Part shown: in pieces, positions 38,209 through 50,762 of the stretch
How the letters are laid out: each line of letters starts with the position of its first letter
Position numbering within the stretch: the stretch's first letter is position 1
Notes under the pieces: model-generated
The model's input: only the letters and a program-made list of their open reading frames with translations
What the model was told of the DNA's origin: nothing
Database searches by the model: none
Translations under genes and position numbers: made by a program
Source of the DNA: Escherichia coli
GTDB taxonomy: Bacteria > Pseudomonadota > Gammaproteobacteria > Enterobacterales > Enterobacteriaceae
DNA: 64,000 nt
Direction: 5' to 3' (one strand)
Assembly: GCF_003334355.1 (NCBI RefSeq)
Contig: NZ_QOWP01000005.1

Positions 38209-39612
38209 TTAAACAATGCGAAACGCATCGACTAATACACAGCGACGCAGACGGACAAACGTACGCGCGCTGGTTACCCCTTCACCGGTTGGCGTGGTGA
38301 TGGTCATGGTGGTCCAGCCTTCCCCGCCCAGCCCCAGCCCGGCAATGCACGGTCCGTTCTTAACGAAAATGCTGGTATCAATAGCATTCGCCATCTGGTT
38401 CATGTTTTCGATGTTGCGCGAGTGCATTGCCGCCGTGTGGTGGCAACCGCCTTCCAGTTTCACCGCCAGCGCAATGGCATCCGCCACGTTGGCGACGCGC
38501 ACGACGGGCAGCACCGGCATCATCAGTTCGGTCACGGCAAACGGATGTTCTGCAGTGGTTTCCACAAACAGCAAACGCGTTTCTTGCGGCACGTTCAGGC
38601 CGATTGCCGCCGCGATTTTCGCCGCATCGCGACCAACCCAGTCACGGCTGACGGTGCCTTTTCCGCGCTCGTCGATATTTTTCAGCAACACCGGTTGCAG
38701 CTGCTGCGCCTGTTCTGCGGTCAGTTTCACCGCGTGCTGGCCTTCCATCAGACGCATCAGTTCATCGGCTACGCTATCAACAACAATCAGTACCTTTTCG
38801 TCGGCACAAATGATGTTGTTATCGAAAGAAGCGCCTTTGACGATGGACTGAGCGGCACGGGCGAGGTCGGCGGTTTCATCCACCACTACCGGCGGGTTGC
38901 CAGCGCCTGCGGCAATCAGACGTTTATTGGTGTGTTTACGCGCCGCTTCTACTACCGCTTCGCCGCCGGTCACCACCAGAAGGCCGATGCCCGGAAACTT
39001 GAACAAACGCTGCGCGGTTTCGATATCCGGATTTGCCACAGTAACCAGTAAGTTTTCCGGCCCGCCTGCGGCAACAATCGCCTGGTTGAGCAGCGTGATC
39101 GCCCGCTGGGAGACTTTTTTCGCCGCCGGATGCGGGGCAAAAATGACGCTGTTGCCCGCGGCAATCAGGCTGATGGCGTTATTAATTACGGTTGCCGCCG
39201 GGTTAGTGGACGGAGTTACCGAAGCCACCACGCCCCAGGGCGCGTTTTCAATTAAAGTCAGGCCGTTGTCGCCGGTCAGCACCTGCGGAGAGAGACACTC
39301 AACGCCTGGCGTGCCGCGCGCCTGAGCGACGTTTTTGGCAAATTTATCTTCAACGCGGCCCATGCCGGTTTCACTGACGGCAAGTTCCGCTAAATCTCTG
39401 GCGTGTTTTTCGCCTGCCTCACGAATGGCAGCAATGGCTAACTGGCGCATTGCCACGCTTTTTAACCCTTGCTGGGCGACTTTGGCTGCCGCAACGGCGT
39501 CATCCAGGGACGCGAAAACGCCCATCTCATGAACGGCGGCGGGCGGCATGTCACTGCTTTGCATTTTCAGCAGTACCGCTTTCACCACCTGTTCAATATC
39601 CTGTTGATTCAT
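38209..39612 (-). CDS. eutE: CoA-acylating acetaldehyde dehydrogenase
   Basis: 467 aa aldehyde dehydrogenase fold. Confidence 0.95.
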   Translation of the reverse strand: MNQQDIEQVVKAVLLKMQSSDMPPAAVHEMGVFASLDDAVAAAKVAQQGLKSVAMRQLAIAAIREAGEKHARDLAELAVSETGMGRVEDKFAKNVAQARGTPGVECLSPQVLTGDNGLTLIENAPWGVVASVTPSTNPAATVINNAISLIAAGNSVIFAPHPAAKKVSQRAITLLNQAIVAAGGPENLLVTVANPDIETAQRLFKFPGIGLLVVTGGEAVVEAARKHTNKRLIAAGAGNPPVVVDETADLARAAQSIVKGASFDNNIICADEKVLIVVDSVADELMRLMEGQHAVKLTAEQAQQLQPVLLKNIDERGKGTVSRDWVGRDAAKIAAAIGLNVPQETRLLFVETTAEHPFAVTELMMPVLPVVRVANVADAIALAVKLEGGCHHTAAMHSRNIENMNQMANAIDTSIFVKNGPCIAGLGLGGEGWTTMTITTPTGEGVTSARTFVRLRRCVLVDAFRIV

Positions 39613-39623
39613 GATGTTCTGCC

Positions 39624-39911
39624 TTATTTGTGGAAAATTACCTGACCGCCAGACACCACCTCATCGACAATGCCAATCACGCACAGATCGACCGGTGACG
39701 TTTCGCTTTTATGCGCCTGGCGGGCGGAACTGCCACTCACCAGTAACACCCACTCCCCGGTCCCCGCGCCAATATTGTCGATGGCGACGGCGCATTGCCC
39801 GTCAGGATTACCTTGTGAATCAATCATTTCCACCATCAGCAATTTGTCATGCGCCAGTCCGTGATGGCGTACGGTACAAACAATTTGTCCAGTGACGACT
39901 GCCAGTTTCAT
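39624..39911 (-). CDS. eutN: Microcompartment vertex protein (EutN/CcmL family)
   Basis: 95 aa; MKLAVVTGQIVCTVRH. Confidence 0.93.
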   Translation of the reverse strand: MKLAVVTGQIVCTVRHHGLAHDKLLMVEMIDSQGNPDGQCAVAIDNIGAGTGEWVLLVSGSSARQAHKSETSPVDLCVIGIVDEVVSGGQVIFHK

Positions 39912-40017
39912 ACCCGCCTCCGTGGCGTATTTCAGGTAAAAGCTCCCCCTACCCTCCGCAGAAGGTAAAATGAAAAAGGAGAGAGCGTGACGCCCGAATC
40001 GACGTCACACAGGGTGA

Positions 40018-40311
40018 TTACAGGTTGCTGCTATCGCCTTTCAGGCCGATCGGGAAGACTTCTTCCAGGTCGCCGTGCGGACGCGGGATAACGTGTACAG
40101 ATACCAGCTCGCCGATACGCTGTGCCGCTGCGGCACCTGCATCGATCGCGGCTTTACAGGCTGCAACATCACCACGAACCATGGCAGTACACAGGCCGCC
40201 GCCAATCTGCTTAACACCAACCAGCTTGACGCGCGCAGCTTTCACCATCGCGTCAGAAGCCTCAATCAGTGCAACCAGGCCCCGGGTTTCGATCATTCCT
40301 AATGCTTCCAT
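40018..40311 (-). CDS. eutM: Major microcompartment shell protein (BMC-H)
   Basis: 97 aa from [26 protein letters not shown]; longer track ORF rejected. Confidence 0.93.
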   Translation of the reverse strand: MEALGMIETRGLVALIEASDAMVKAARVKLVGVKQIGGGLCTAMVRGDVAACKAAIDAGAAAAQRIGELVSVHVIPRPHGDLEEVFPIGLKGDSSNL

Positions 40312-40349
40312 TGTGCTTTCCTCTTTATCAGGGTCCAGAACGGGACCGT

Positions 40350-41366
40350 TCATTCAACCAGTGTTTGTAAACTGCTTTCGCGGTTCACTTCTGTCTGACG
40401 CGGCACAGCTGCCACCAGCGCCAGCTCGATAATTTCCTGCACGCTACAACCACGAGAGAGATCGTGCATCGGCGCGGCAAGTCCTTGTATCAGTGGCCCG
40501 ACGGCACGATATCCGCCGAGTCGTTGTGCGATTTTGTAACCAATATTTCCGGCTTCCAGCGACGGAAAAACCATCACATTGGCCTTGCCCTGTAGCGGGC
40601 TGGCAGGCGCTTTTTGCGCCGCCACTTCCGGCACGAAGGCGGCGTCAAACTGTAACTCGCCATCCACCACCAGCTTTGGTGCGCGCTCACGGACGATTTC
40701 TGTCGCCTGCTGGACGTTAGCAACACAGGGGTGACGGGCGCTACCATTGCTGGAAAACGACAGCATCGCCACGCGCGGCTCTTCTCCGGTGATGGCGCGC
40801 CAGGTTTCGGCACTGGCAAGCGCGATATCCGCCAGCTGCGCCGCCGTCGGCTGTGGCACCACGCTGCAATCGGCAAAGCCCAACGCCGGGCCGCTGTACT
40901 GTGGCAACATCAGGAAAATGGAAGAGAGCGTTTTACAGCCTGGCTGCAAGCCGATAATGCGTAATCCGGCACGCAGCACATTTGCCGTGGAAGAGAGGTT
41001 GCCCGCGATACAGACATCCGCTTTACCGGCGCTGACCATTGCTGCGGCGAACATCAGAGGGTCGGTAAGTTTTTCCAGCGCATCCGGCGGCGTTTTTTCG
41101 CCCGCGCGGGCCAGCCAGCGATGAGCAAATTCTTCCCGCATTGCGAGGTTGCCATGCGGATCAATCACCTGTAGCCCGTCCATCGCCACGCCGTGACTGA
41201 GCGCAAACTGACGAAGTTCAAACGGATTGGCGACCAGAATGGGCGTTGCCAGACCTTGTTGATGTAAATATTGCGCGGCTTTCAGCACACGTTGGTCTAA
41301 CGCATCCGGAAAAACCACTCTGGCGGGCGCTCGCAACGCCAGTTCACGACAACGTTCAATAATCAT
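40350..41366 (-). CDS. eutD: Phosphotransacetylase
   Basis: 338 aa PTA fold. Confidence 0.95.
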
Positions 41367-42165
41367 TGCGTTCCCCCAGTCGTTGTTGGATCTGCTTCAC
41401 CGTTAGCGGCTGCTTCGTTACGCTCAGGATCATCATCACGTAGACCGTGCTGGAAAGGCGGTTCAGCGCCTGCAAAATGTCCGGGCGTAATACTTCAAAG
41501 CTGCGGGTGATAAAGACCTGCGCCGCTACGGTTTCGGTTTCCCGCACTTTGGTGCGTAGCAGATTGAGCAACGCAGCATCGCGCCCGTGGCTGGCTTCCG
41601 GCACCAGATGATCGTGGTCGAGATAGCGCAGCGGCTGATGAGAAAGCCGATGCAGATCTTCGTCAGAAAGCCCGACAATCGCCTGGCAGCCCAGCGGTTC
41701 CCCCAGCGCATCGGCGCGCATAATGTTGCCAAGACGCGAACGGATATCCGCCAGCCACGGCTGCCACGGTTCCGCCAGTTCAATTTGCAGCCACACTACC
41801 AGCGCAATGGTGCTGTCGAGAACCGCGCGAAAACCCAGACGCGGATCGCTTTTGGCGACCATTTTTTCCGCCGACAGGTGAGTCAGCGTATCCGGCTTTT
41901 TTGCCACCGGCTGGCGACACAGTTCGCAGCACGCCTGCGGATGTTCATCGCTACTGGTCAGCCCATGAACGGGCTGCGGCTGCTGCTGTTCATCGTCAAC
42001 AAACAGGCGGCCCTGCTCGTCAATAAACTTGATGCGCAGATGGCGGCTTTCCAGCAACTCCCGGGCAGAGGGCGTCAGGCGACTGTCCGCAGGGAGATGG
42101 ATCTCTGCGCCTTCGCTGAGCGTATGGTTCGCTCTTAGCCATGCTTCGGTGATGAAATCTTTCAT
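41356..42165 (-). CDS. eutT: Corrinoid (cobalamin) adenosyltransferase
   Basis: About 267-269 aa; cysteine motif CCELC; start codon not resolved to within 2 codons. Confidence 0.9.
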
Positions 42166-42863
42166 AGGGATTGCCAGTTAGCCGGCCAGGCGACATACAG
42201 GAATTTCACGCTGGATGTCGTACCAAATTCGATGCTGGAGCCTTTCGGGATAAACATCACGTCGCCTGCTTTGGCGATCATGGTTTGGCCTTCGTGGCGA
42301 ACATGCAGCTCCCCTTCCAGCACCATGTCGATTTCGTCGTAGTTCAGGGTCCACGGGAAGAATGCGTTCTCCCACTGCATAAAACCGGCGGCCATGCTGC
42401 TGCCGTCGTCTCCGGTCACAAGATCAGTCAAGCCCACGCAATGCGGCTCTGCGCCGTCGAAACGACCAAACTTGACGCTACTGCCATCAATCACTTTGAT
42501 GCCGCCTTTGCCGGTCACCGATTTGAAGCTCGGCTGCATTGCGCCCTGCTCCAGCGACTGTTTTTCCTTCATCACTTTTTCCATCAGCTGTGCGACCAGG
42601 CTTTCGGTAAACTGGCCTTCCGGCAGCTGGGCAATGATGGTTTCGCGGATGCGCTGGCTTTCGGTTTTGTCGGCTGGCACGCTGGCGGGCACGGACGCCG
42701 TTACCGGGATCGATTCATCACATTCGGTGATGGTAAAACCCAGTAGATCCGCCACTTCACGGGCTTCCGGGGTAATAATGCTGGCGCGCAGAACCACGGA
42801 CATTGCCTGTTCGCCGCGCGCGTGTGCTTCACGAATATCATTCGCTGTGATGAGTTTTTTCAC
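42162..42863 (-). CDS. eutQ: Cupin-fold protein EutQ
   Basis: 233 aa. Confidence 0.93.
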   Translation of the reverse strand: MKKLITANDIREAHARGEQAMSVVLRASIITPEAREVADLLGFTITECDESIPVTASVPASVPADKTESQRIRETIIAQLPEGQFTESLVAQLMEKVMKEKQSLEQGAMQPSFKSVTGKGGIKVIDGSSVKFGRFDGAEPHCVGLTDLVTGDDGSSMAAGFMQWENAFFPWTLNYDEIDMVLEGELHVRHEGQTMIAKAGDVMFIPKGSSIEFGTTSSVKFLYVAWPANWQSL

Positions 42864-43317
42864 CTGCTTCCTCCTGTTTGGTGAGAGATGCCAGATAATC
42901 CACCAGTTGCTGCACGCTTTGCGGGTCGTGGCTGTTTAGCACGAAAATCGGCTCTTCGAAACCCGTCTCAAGCAATAACTTTCGCGTTGCGGCGACGTCA
43001 GCATCTGGCATGTCCGTTTTACTGATGACGGCGATTTGCCGTTTGCTGACGCCAATATCCAGCAACCCGGCAGGCAACCGACTTTCCGGGTCATTTGCGC
43101 CATGGACATAGATCAGCATGTCTACATCCTGTAGCGTGGTAATTAAGGCGTGATACCAGCGGGGATGGTTAAAATATTCACCCGGCGTATCAATATCGCC
43201 CTTATCATTAAATTCCACGGCCTGTGTTTTTCTGGCGAGGGTATAATTCCCCTGCAACGCATTAAATAACGTTGTTTTTCCTGCCCCGACGCTACCCACA
43301 AACGCAATTCGTTTCAT
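42838..43317 (-). CDS. eutP: P-loop NTPase EutP
   Basis: 159 aa; Walker A GSVGAGKTTL. Confidence 0.93.
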   Translation of the reverse strand: MKRIAFVGSVGAGKTTLFNALQGNYTLARKTQAVEFNDKGDIDTPGEYFNHPRWYHALITTLQDVDMLIYVHGANDPESRLPAGLLDIGVSKRQIAVISKTDMPDADVAATRKLLLETGFEEPIFVLNSHDPQSVQQLVDYLASLTKQEEAGEKTHHSE

Positions 43318-43329
43318 GAATGCCTCGTA

Positions 43330-43665
43330 TTAACTTTTGGTCATTTCACAAAGCGTATAATTTAATAAGCGACCTAAACCGCTGACGGTTTGTGATAACG
43401 CTTCTTCTACTGCGCCCACCGAGCCATAAATCACCAATGCACCGCTGAATCGGTCGAGAAAACCGATATGCACATCAGCGGCTTTCAGCGCTAAATCACC
43501 GGCGATCATCGCCGTTTCGCCGGGAGTTAGCGTCATAATGCCAATTGCGCCCGCATCCGGAACGCCGATTTTCTTCGCCAGTTCCTCACCGGGATGCGCG
43601 ATGAGATGCGCCAGTGTGACCTGTTTGCCGGGCACAAATTCCTGAATGATGCGTTCTTTATCCAT
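43330..43665 (-). CDS. eutS: Microcompartment shell protein EutS (permuted BMC)
   Basis: 111 aa from [15 protein letters not shown]; first gene of operon. Confidence 0.9.
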
Positions 43666-43957
43666 GAGTCGCCGCCTGTGAAAAACTTTCGTGTATCGTG
43701 ACAATTTTTCGTCAGAGTAAATAACAAAATTCGGCAAGCGCGTTTAAAAGGTGAGGTAGATCACTAAGAATGGAGAGATATTCGCTGTGGTGCATAAACT
43801 TTCATATGCAACGCATGAATATAAATAAAATAATATCGAGATATTATATAGACTGCTTTTTTTTATTATTCGCAAACTCAGTAATAAGCTTTACTAATAT
43901 ATTGCAGCTAAACTGCTTACCCTGAATATTCAGGGTAAGCGTGAGAGTTAAAAAAAA
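43666..43957 (-). promoter_or_regulatory. eut operon upstream region (expected EutR-dependent promoter) plus maeB 3' region
   Basis: 292-bp AT-rich non-coding segment upstream of eutS; contains perfect palindrome cttaccctgaatattcagggtaag (43916-43939). Confidence 0.45.
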
Positions 43958-46237
43958 TTACAGCGGTTGGGTTTGCGCTTCTACCACGGCCAGCGCCACC
44001 ATGTTGACGATACGACGCACCGATGCGATCGGCGTTAACACGTGAACCGGTTTCGCCACACCCATCAGCACCGGGCCGACAGTCACACCTTCCGAGCTGG
44101 AAACACGCAGTAAGTTGTAACTAATGCGGGCAGCTTCCATGTTCGGCATCACCAGAATATTGGCGGAACCTTTCAAAGAGCTGTCCGGCATACGGTCGTT
44201 GCGAATCGCTTCCACCAGCGCTGCATCGCCGTGCATTTCACCATCAATCATCAGTTCTGGTGCACGTTCCCTGACCAGTTCCAGCGCCTGACGCATTTTG
44301 CTCGACGACGGGCAGTCAGAAGAACCAAAGTTGGAGTGCGACAACAAAGCAACGCGCGGCTCAATACCAAAACGACGGACAGTTTCTGCCGCCATCAAGG
44401 TGATCTCCGCCAGCTCTTCTGCATCCGGTTCATCATTAACATATGTATCGGCAATAAAGGTGTTACCACTCGGCAGCAGCAGCGCGTTCATGGCACCTGC
44501 GGTGTGAACGCCATCGCGATAACCAAAGACATTTTTCACCACGCTAAAATGTTCATGATAATCACCCACCGTACCGCAAATCATTGCATCGGCTTCCCCA
44601 CGCTGAACCATGATCGCGCCGATCACTGTCGGGTTACTGATCAGCGCCCGCTGCGCCTGTTCCTGAGTGACGCCGCGACGCTTCATGATCTGGAAGTATT
44701 CGGTCCAGTACTCTTTAAAGCGCGGATCGGATTCGTTATTGACGATCTCAAAATCAACGCCCGCTTTGATCTGCAAGCCCAGTTTCTGAATGCGCATTTC
44801 GATCACGTTCGGACGACCGATAAGGATCGGTTTCGCCAGTCCCAGCGTTACCAGTTCCTGAGTGGCATGCAGAACGCGCGCCTCTTCCCCTTCCGGCAGA
44901 ACAACGCGCTTCGGCGCTTTGCGAGCCTGGGAGAAAATCGGCTTCATAAACAGGTTGGTTTTGTAAACGAACTCAGTCAGCTTGTCGATGTAGACGTCGA
45001 AATCAGCAATCGGACGAGTCGCCACGCCCGACTCCATCGCGGCTTTAGCGACCGCAGGAGCGATCTTAACGATCAAGCGCGGATCAAAAGGTTTTGGAAT
45101 GATGTATTCCGGACCAAAGCTCAGATCCTGATCGCCATACGCTGAAGCCACCACTTCGCTCTGTTCCGCATGGGCGAGTTCTGCAATCGCACGTACCGCC
45201 GCCAGTTTCATCTCTTCGTTGATGGCGGTTGCGCCAACGTCCAGCGCGCCACGGAAGATGAACGGGAAGCACAGGACGTTGTTCACCTGGTTCGGATAGT
45301 CAGAACGACCGGTGCAAATGATGGCATCCGGACGCACTTCTTTCGCCAGCGGCGGCAGAATTTCCGGTTCCGGGTTCGCCAGCGCCAGGATCATTGGCGC
45401 ACGAGCCATTTTCTTCACCATTTCCTGGGTCAGCACTTTCGGGCCGGAACAGCCCAGGAAAATATCCGCGCCTTCAATCACATCATCGAGGGTACGTTTG
45501 CCGTCATCCACCACCGCATATGCGGCTTTGGTTTCCGCCATGTTTGGCTCACGGCCCTGATAGATAACGCCTTTTGAATCGCAAACCACGATGTTATGTT
45601 TTTGCAGACCCAGCGCTACCAGCAGGTTCATACAGGCGATTGCTGCGGCACCCGCGCCGGAAACCACCATCCGCACGTCGGAGATGTTTTTCTCCACCAC
45701 GCGCAAGCCGTTGAGGATGGCGGCAGTGCTGATAATTGCCGTGCCGTGCTGATCGTCGTGGAATACCGGAATATTCATCCGCTCGCGCAGTTTCTGTTCA
45801 ATATAGAAACATTCTGGCGCTTTAATGTCTTCGAGGTTGATGCCGCCGAAGGTTGGTTCGAGCGCGGCGACAACTTCAATAAATTTGTCCGGGTCGAGTT
45901 CGTCAACTTCAATGTCAAATACATCAATCCCGGCGAATTTCTTAAACAGAACGCCCTTGCCTTCCATCACCGGTTTGCCTGCCAGCGCGCCAATGTTGCC
46001 TAACCCCAGCACCGCCGTACCGTTAGAGATCACCGCCACCAGGTTACCGCGGGCGGTATATTTGTAGGCTTTTAACGGGTCTTTTTCGATTTCAAGACAA
46101 GGTGCGGCAACGCCTGGTGAGTAGGCCAGCGCCAGATCGCGCTGTGTTGCCAGAGGCTTGGTTGGAGAAACCTGGATTTTCCCTGGAACTGGAAATTCAT
46201 GGAAATCAAGTGCACTTTGTTTTAACTGGTCATCCAT
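43958..46237 (-). CDS. maeB: NADP-dependent malic enzyme
   Basis: 759 aa; N-terminal malic enzyme domain plus C-terminal PTA-like domain. Confidence 0.97.
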
Positions 46238-46525
46238 TTGGTTGTTCCTTTCACGTAACGTTCACAAATAAAGTGTGTGGGCAACAGCCCCTGCCCACAA
46301 CGTGGCGCACATTATTACCCTGCCGGAGTCTACAGACTTTGAGCAAGTCCAAACTCTCACCATTAATATAATGTTTTGGTAATAATCCTATAACACTGAT
46401 GTTACCTGCTTAATCCAGCAATACCATGCCTGTCTGCTATGCTTTTTTGATGCGTTTAGCGAAATTTCTCAGAAGTGTGAATTAACGCACTCATCTAACA
46501 CTTTACTTTTCAAGGAGTATTTCCT

Positions 46526-47476
46526 ATGAACGAGTTAGACGGCATCAAACAGTTCACCACTGTCGTGGCAGACAGCGGCGATATTGAGTCCATTCGCCAT
46601 TATCATCCCCAGGATGCCACCACCAATCCTTCGCTGTTACTCAAAGCTGCCGGATTATCACAATATGAGCATTTAATAGACGATGCTATCGCCTGGGGTA
46701 AAAAAAATGGCAAGACCCAGGAACAACAGGTGGTCGCAGCGTGTGACAAACTGGCGGTCAATTTCGGTGCTGAAATCCTCAAAATCGTACCCGGTCGCGT
46801 GTCAACAGAAGTTGATGCACGCCTCTCTTTTGATAAAGAAAAGAGTATTGAGAAGGCGCGCCATCTGGTGGACTTGTATCAGCAACAAGGCGTTGAGAAA
46901 TCACGCATTCTGATCAAGCTGGCTTCGACCTGGGAAGGAATTCGCGCGGCAGAAGAGCTGGAAAAAGAAGGTATTAACTGCAACCTGACGCTGCTGTTTT
47001 CTTTTGCACAGGCACGGGCCTGTGCGGAAGCAGGCGTTTTTCTGATTTCGCCGTTTGTCGGGCGTATTTATGACTGGTATCAGGCACGCAAGCCGATGGA
47101 CCCGTATGTGGTGGAAGAAGATCCGGGCGTTAAATCGGTGCGCAATATCTACGACTACTATAAGCAACACCACTATGAAACCATTGTGATGGGCGCGAGC
47201 TTCCGTCGCACCGAACAAATCCTCGCCTTAACCGGCTGCGATCGACTGACTATCGCACCGAATTTACTGAAGGAGCTGCAGGAAAAAGTTTCGCCAGTGG
47301 TACGTAAATTAATCCCACCTTCTCAGACGTTCCCACGCCCAGCTCCCATGAGCGAAGCGGAGTTCCGTTGGGAGCACAATCAGGATGCGATGGCGGTAGA
47401 AAAACTGTCTGAAGGCATTCGTCTGTTCGCCGTTGATCAACGCAAACTGGAAGATCTTCTTGCCGCCAAACTATAA
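46526..47476 (+). CDS. talA: Transaldolase A
   Basis: 316 aa. Confidence 0.95.
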   Translation: MNELDGIKQFTTVVADSGDIESIRHYHPQDATTNPSLLLKAAGLSQYEHLIDDAIAWGKKNGKTQEQQVVAACDKLAVNFGAEILKIVPGRVSTEVDARLSFDKEKSIEKARHLVDLYQQQGVEKSRILIKLASTWEGIRAAEELEKEGINCNLTLLFSFAQARACAEAGVFLISPFVGRIYDWYQARKPMDPYVVEEDPGVKSVRNIYDYYKQHHYETIVMGASFRRTEQILALTGCDRLTIAPNLLKELQEKVSPVVRKLIPPSQTFPRPAPMSEAEFRWEHNQDAMAVEKLSEGIRLFAVDQRKLEDLLAAKL

Positions 47477-47495
47477 ACCAGCCACGGAGTGTTAT

Positions 47496-49499
47496 ATGTC
47501 CCGAAAAGACCTTGCCAATGCGATTCGCGCACTCAGTATGGATGCGGTACAAAAAGCCAACTCTGGTCATCCCGGCGCGCCGATGGGCATGGCTGATATT
47601 GCCGAAGTGCTGTGGAACGATTTTCTTAAACATAACCCTACCGACCCAACCTGGTATGATCGCGACCGCTTTATTCTTTCCAACGGTCACGCGTCGATGC
47701 TGCTCTACAGTTTGCTACATCTGACCGGTTACGACCTGCCGCTGGAAGAACTGAAGAACTTCCGTCAGTTGCATTCGAAAACCCCAGGCCACCCGGAGAT
47801 TGGCTATACGCCAGGCGTTGAAACCACCACCGGCCCGCTTGGACAAGGTTTGGCGAACGCCGTCGGGCTGGCGATAGCAGAGCGTACACTGGCGGCGCAG
47901 TTTAACCAGCCAGACCATGAGATCGTCGATCACTTCACCTATGTGTTTATGGGCGACGGCTGCCTGATGGAAGGTATTTCCCACGAAGTCTGTTCGCTGG
48001 CAGGCACGCTGGGACTGGGCAAGCTGATTGGTTTTTACGATCACAACGGTATTTCCATCGACGGTGAAACAGAAGGCTGGTTTACCGACGATACGGCAAA
48101 ACGTTTTGAAGCCTATCACTGGCATGTGATCCATGAAATCGACGGTCACGATCCGCAGGCGGTGAAGGAAGCGATCCTTGAAGCGCAAAGCGTGAAAGAT
48201 AAGCCGTCGCTGATTATCTGCCGTACGGTGATTGGCTTTGGTTCGCCGAATAAAGCAGGTAAGGAAGAGGCGCACGGCGCACCACTGGGGGAAGAAGAAG
48301 TGGCGCTGGCACGGCAAAAACTGGGCTGGCACCATCCGCCATTTGAGATCCCTAAAGAGATTTATCACGCCTGGGATGCCCGTGAAAAAGGCGAAAAAGC
48401 GCAGCAGAGCTGGAATGAGAAGTTTGCCGCCTATAAAAAGGCTCATCCGCAACTGGCAGAAGAGTTTACCCGACGGATGAGCGGTGGTTTACCGAAGGAC
48501 TGGGAGAAAACGACTCAGAAATATATCAATGAGTTACAGGCAAATCCGGCGAAAATCGCTACCCGTAAGGCTTCGCAAAATACGCTTAACGCTTACGGGC
48601 CGATGCTGCCTGAGTTGCTCGGCGGTTCGGCGGATCTGGCTCCCAGCAACCTGACCATCTGGAAAGGTTCTGTTTCGCTGAAGGAAGATCCAGCGGGCAA
48701 CTACATTCACTACGGGGTGCGTGAATTTGGCATGACCGCTATCGCCAACGGCATCGCGCACCACGGCGGCTTTGTGCCGTATACCGCGACGTTCCTGATG
48801 TTTGTTGAATACGCCCGTAACGCCGCGCGGATGGCGGCACTGATGAAAGCGCGGCAGATTATGGTTTATACCCACGACTCAATTGGCCTGGGCGAAGATG
48901 GTCCGACGCACCAGGCTGTTGAGCAACTGGCCAGCCTGCGCTTAACGCCAAATTTCAGCACCTGGCGACCGTGCGATCAGGTGGAAGCGGCGGTGGGCTG
49001 GAAGCTGGCGGTTGAGCGCCACAACGGACCGACGGCACTGATCCTCTCAAGGCAGAATCTGGCCCAGGTGGAACGTACGCCGGATCAGGTTAAAGAGATT
49101 GCTCGTGGCGGTTATGTGCTGAAAGACAGCGGCGGTAAGCCAGATATTATTCTGATTGCCACCGGTTCAGAGATGGAAATTACCCTGCAAGCGGCAGAAA
49201 AATTAGCAGGAGAAGGTCGCAATGTACGCGTAGTTTCCCTGCCCTCGACCGATATTTTCGACGCCCAGGATGAGGAATATCGGGAGTCGGTGTTGCCTTC
49301 TAACGTTGCGGCTCGCGTGGCGGTGGAAGCAGGTATTGCCGATTACTGGTACAAGTATGTTGGTCTGAAAGGGGCAATTGTCGGGATGACGGGTTACGGG
49401 GAATCTGCTCCGGCGGATAAGCTGTTCCCGTTCTTTGGCTTTACCGCCGAGAATATTGTGGCAAAAGCGCATAAGGTGCTGGGAGTGAAAGGTGCCTGA
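47496..49499 (+). CDS. tktB: Transketolase 2
   Basis: 667 aa from [27 protein letters not shown] (ThDP-binding region). Confidence 0.95.
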   Translation: MSRKDLANAIRALSMDAVQKANSGHPGAPMGMADIAEVLWNDFLKHNPTDPTWYDRDRFILSNGHASMLLYSLLHLTGYDLPLEELKNFRQLHSKTPGHPEIGYTPGVETTTGPLGQGLANAVGLAIAERTLAAQFNQPDHEIVDHFTYVFMGDGCLMEGISHEVCSLAGTLGLGKLIGFYDHNGISIDGETEGWFTDDTAKRFEAYHWHVIHEIDGHDPQAVKEAILEAQSVKDKPSLIICRTVIGFGSPNKAGKEEAHGAPLGEEEVALARQKLGWHHPPFEIPKEIYHAWDAREKGEKAQQSWNEKFAAYKKAHPQLAEEFTRRMSGGLPKDWEKTTQKYINELQANPAKIATRKASQNTLNAYGPMLPELLGGSADLAPSNLTIWKGSVSLKEDPAGNYIHYGVREFGMTAIANGIAHHGGFVPYTATFLMFVEYARNAARMAALMKARQIMVYTHDSIGLGEDGPTHQAVEQLASLRLTPNFSTWRPCDQVEAAVGWKLAVERHNGPTALILSRQNLAQVERTPDQVKEIARGGYVLKDSGGKPDIILIATGSEMEITLQAAEKLAGEGRNVRVVSLPSTDIFDAQDEEYRESVLPSNVAARVAVEAGIADYWYKYVGLKGAIVGMTGYGESAPADKLFPFFGFTAENIVAKAHKVLGVKGA

Positions 49500-49502
49500 T
49501 GG

Positions 49503-49578
49503 TGATTGCCGGATGCTGATTGCCGGATGCGACGCTGACGCGTCTTATCCGGCCTACAGCGTCTTATCCGGCCTACAT
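49503..49578. repeat. REP element with internal short direct duplications
   Basis: tgattgccggatgc x2 and gtcttatccggcctaca x2. Confidence 0.75.
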
Positions 49579-49593
49579 GTCCCGCCATTTTGT

Positions 49594-50637
49594 TTAACGG
49601 GTGATCCACAACGTGGGCCAGGCGTCTGGCCCATGCCAGTTATCGCAGGTGGGTTCTGCGGCGTAACGCACCAGGCGAAAACGCTGACCGTCAAAGCGCC
49701 AGCGCGCCTGAATGCCACAATCGCTTAATCCGCGCCCTTTCGCTAAGGTCACCAGTTCACGCGATTTCTCATCAAATGTTGCGTTCATCAGTTCCAGTTC
49801 ATTCGTCTCCTGACCGTTGTTGAACGGCAAACGCAACCGAACCGGGCGCGAAGCTAGTGGCTTTTTACGCGACACAATCCATGCCAAATCAATGGTGTTA
49901 TAGGCCCCTGCCTCACAGCTAATCATCATCAGCGCTTTATCATCAGTCAGCGCAGTGACATTCACCTCACGACGCAATGGATCAAGCGAGCAGCGCAGAC
50001 CATTCATCCGCCAGTTTCCATAATCCAGCAAATCGTTGCGTTCTTCGAGTGAGAGTGGCGTCGGCGTTGGGTTAACCACCGCGCCCCCTTTCAGCGCAGG
50101 CGCGGGCGGTACGCTGAGCGGCGGTTCGTCCCCTTTCTTGATCCACGCGGTTTCACTGCCAACGCGCTTTTGCTGAGCATCAATAAACAACAACGCTGCT
50201 TTTAAGCCACTCAGAGAAATGGTCTGATCGCCATCGCGTAAGGTGATTGCCTTCCCTTCCTGAATCATCTGCAAAAACGCGGTGATGGTTGCCGTATCAT
50301 CGGTTACTAATAACCATGGTGAAATCCGCCACTTGTCACCACTTAACGCCAACGGCTCGCCATCTAACAGCAGCCGTGGCGCTATCTCCCCTTCTGACGC
50401 CTCCGGCGACTTCAATCCGCCGCGCTCAATACGTAAAACGGCATCGGTATGCGCCCCGGCGCTGCGGCTCAGGGTCATCACCAGTCCATTATGATCGCCC
50501 GTATTACGCGCCACGCAGAAATTTTGGTTATTACAGGTGACCTGCCAGTCGGAAAACGCCCGTTGCGCTGGTGCCGCCCACACCAAAGACGTCGGCAACA
50601 AAGCGAAAAAAAAGAGAAGGAAAATGCGATAGCGCAT
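49594..50637 (-). CDS. ypfG: Secreted DUF1176-family protein YpfG
   Basis: 347 aa; signal peptide MRYRIFLLFFFALLPTSLVWA. Confidence 0.85.
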   Translation of the reverse strand: MRYRIFLLFFFALLPTSLVWAAPAQRAFSDWQVTCNNQNFCVARNTGDHNGLVMTLSRSAGAHTDAVLRIERGGLKSPEASEGEIAPRLLLDGEPLALSGDKWRISPWLLVTDDTATITAFLQMIQEGKAITLRDGDQTISLSGLKAALLFIDAQQKRVGSETAWIKKGDEPPLSVPPAPALKGGAVVNPTPTPLSLEERNDLLDYGNWRMNGLRCSLDPLRREVNVTALTDDKALMMISCEAGAYNTIDLAWIVSRKKPLASRPVRLRLPFNNGQETNELELMNATFDEKSRELVTLAKGRGLSDCGIQARWRFDGQRFRLVRYAAEPTCDNWHGPDAWPTLWITR

Positions 50638-50762
50638 GGACGGTACGACCCCAGAAGTTCAAACAAACAGCACAAGTCGTATCTTCGTTGCGCAGGTAGC
50701 GCGGCTCAATCGGATTTGTCGGATTGAGCCAATAATAAACAACGAAATATTATTGTTATTTT

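Noticed and set aside
44231-45145. 304-aa ORF antisense to maeB (similar antisense ORFs at 52501-53409 in aegA and 17396-18124 in cysP)
   Set aside because: Embedded in intact conserved genes on the opposite strand; composition and lack of start context indicate chance open frames.
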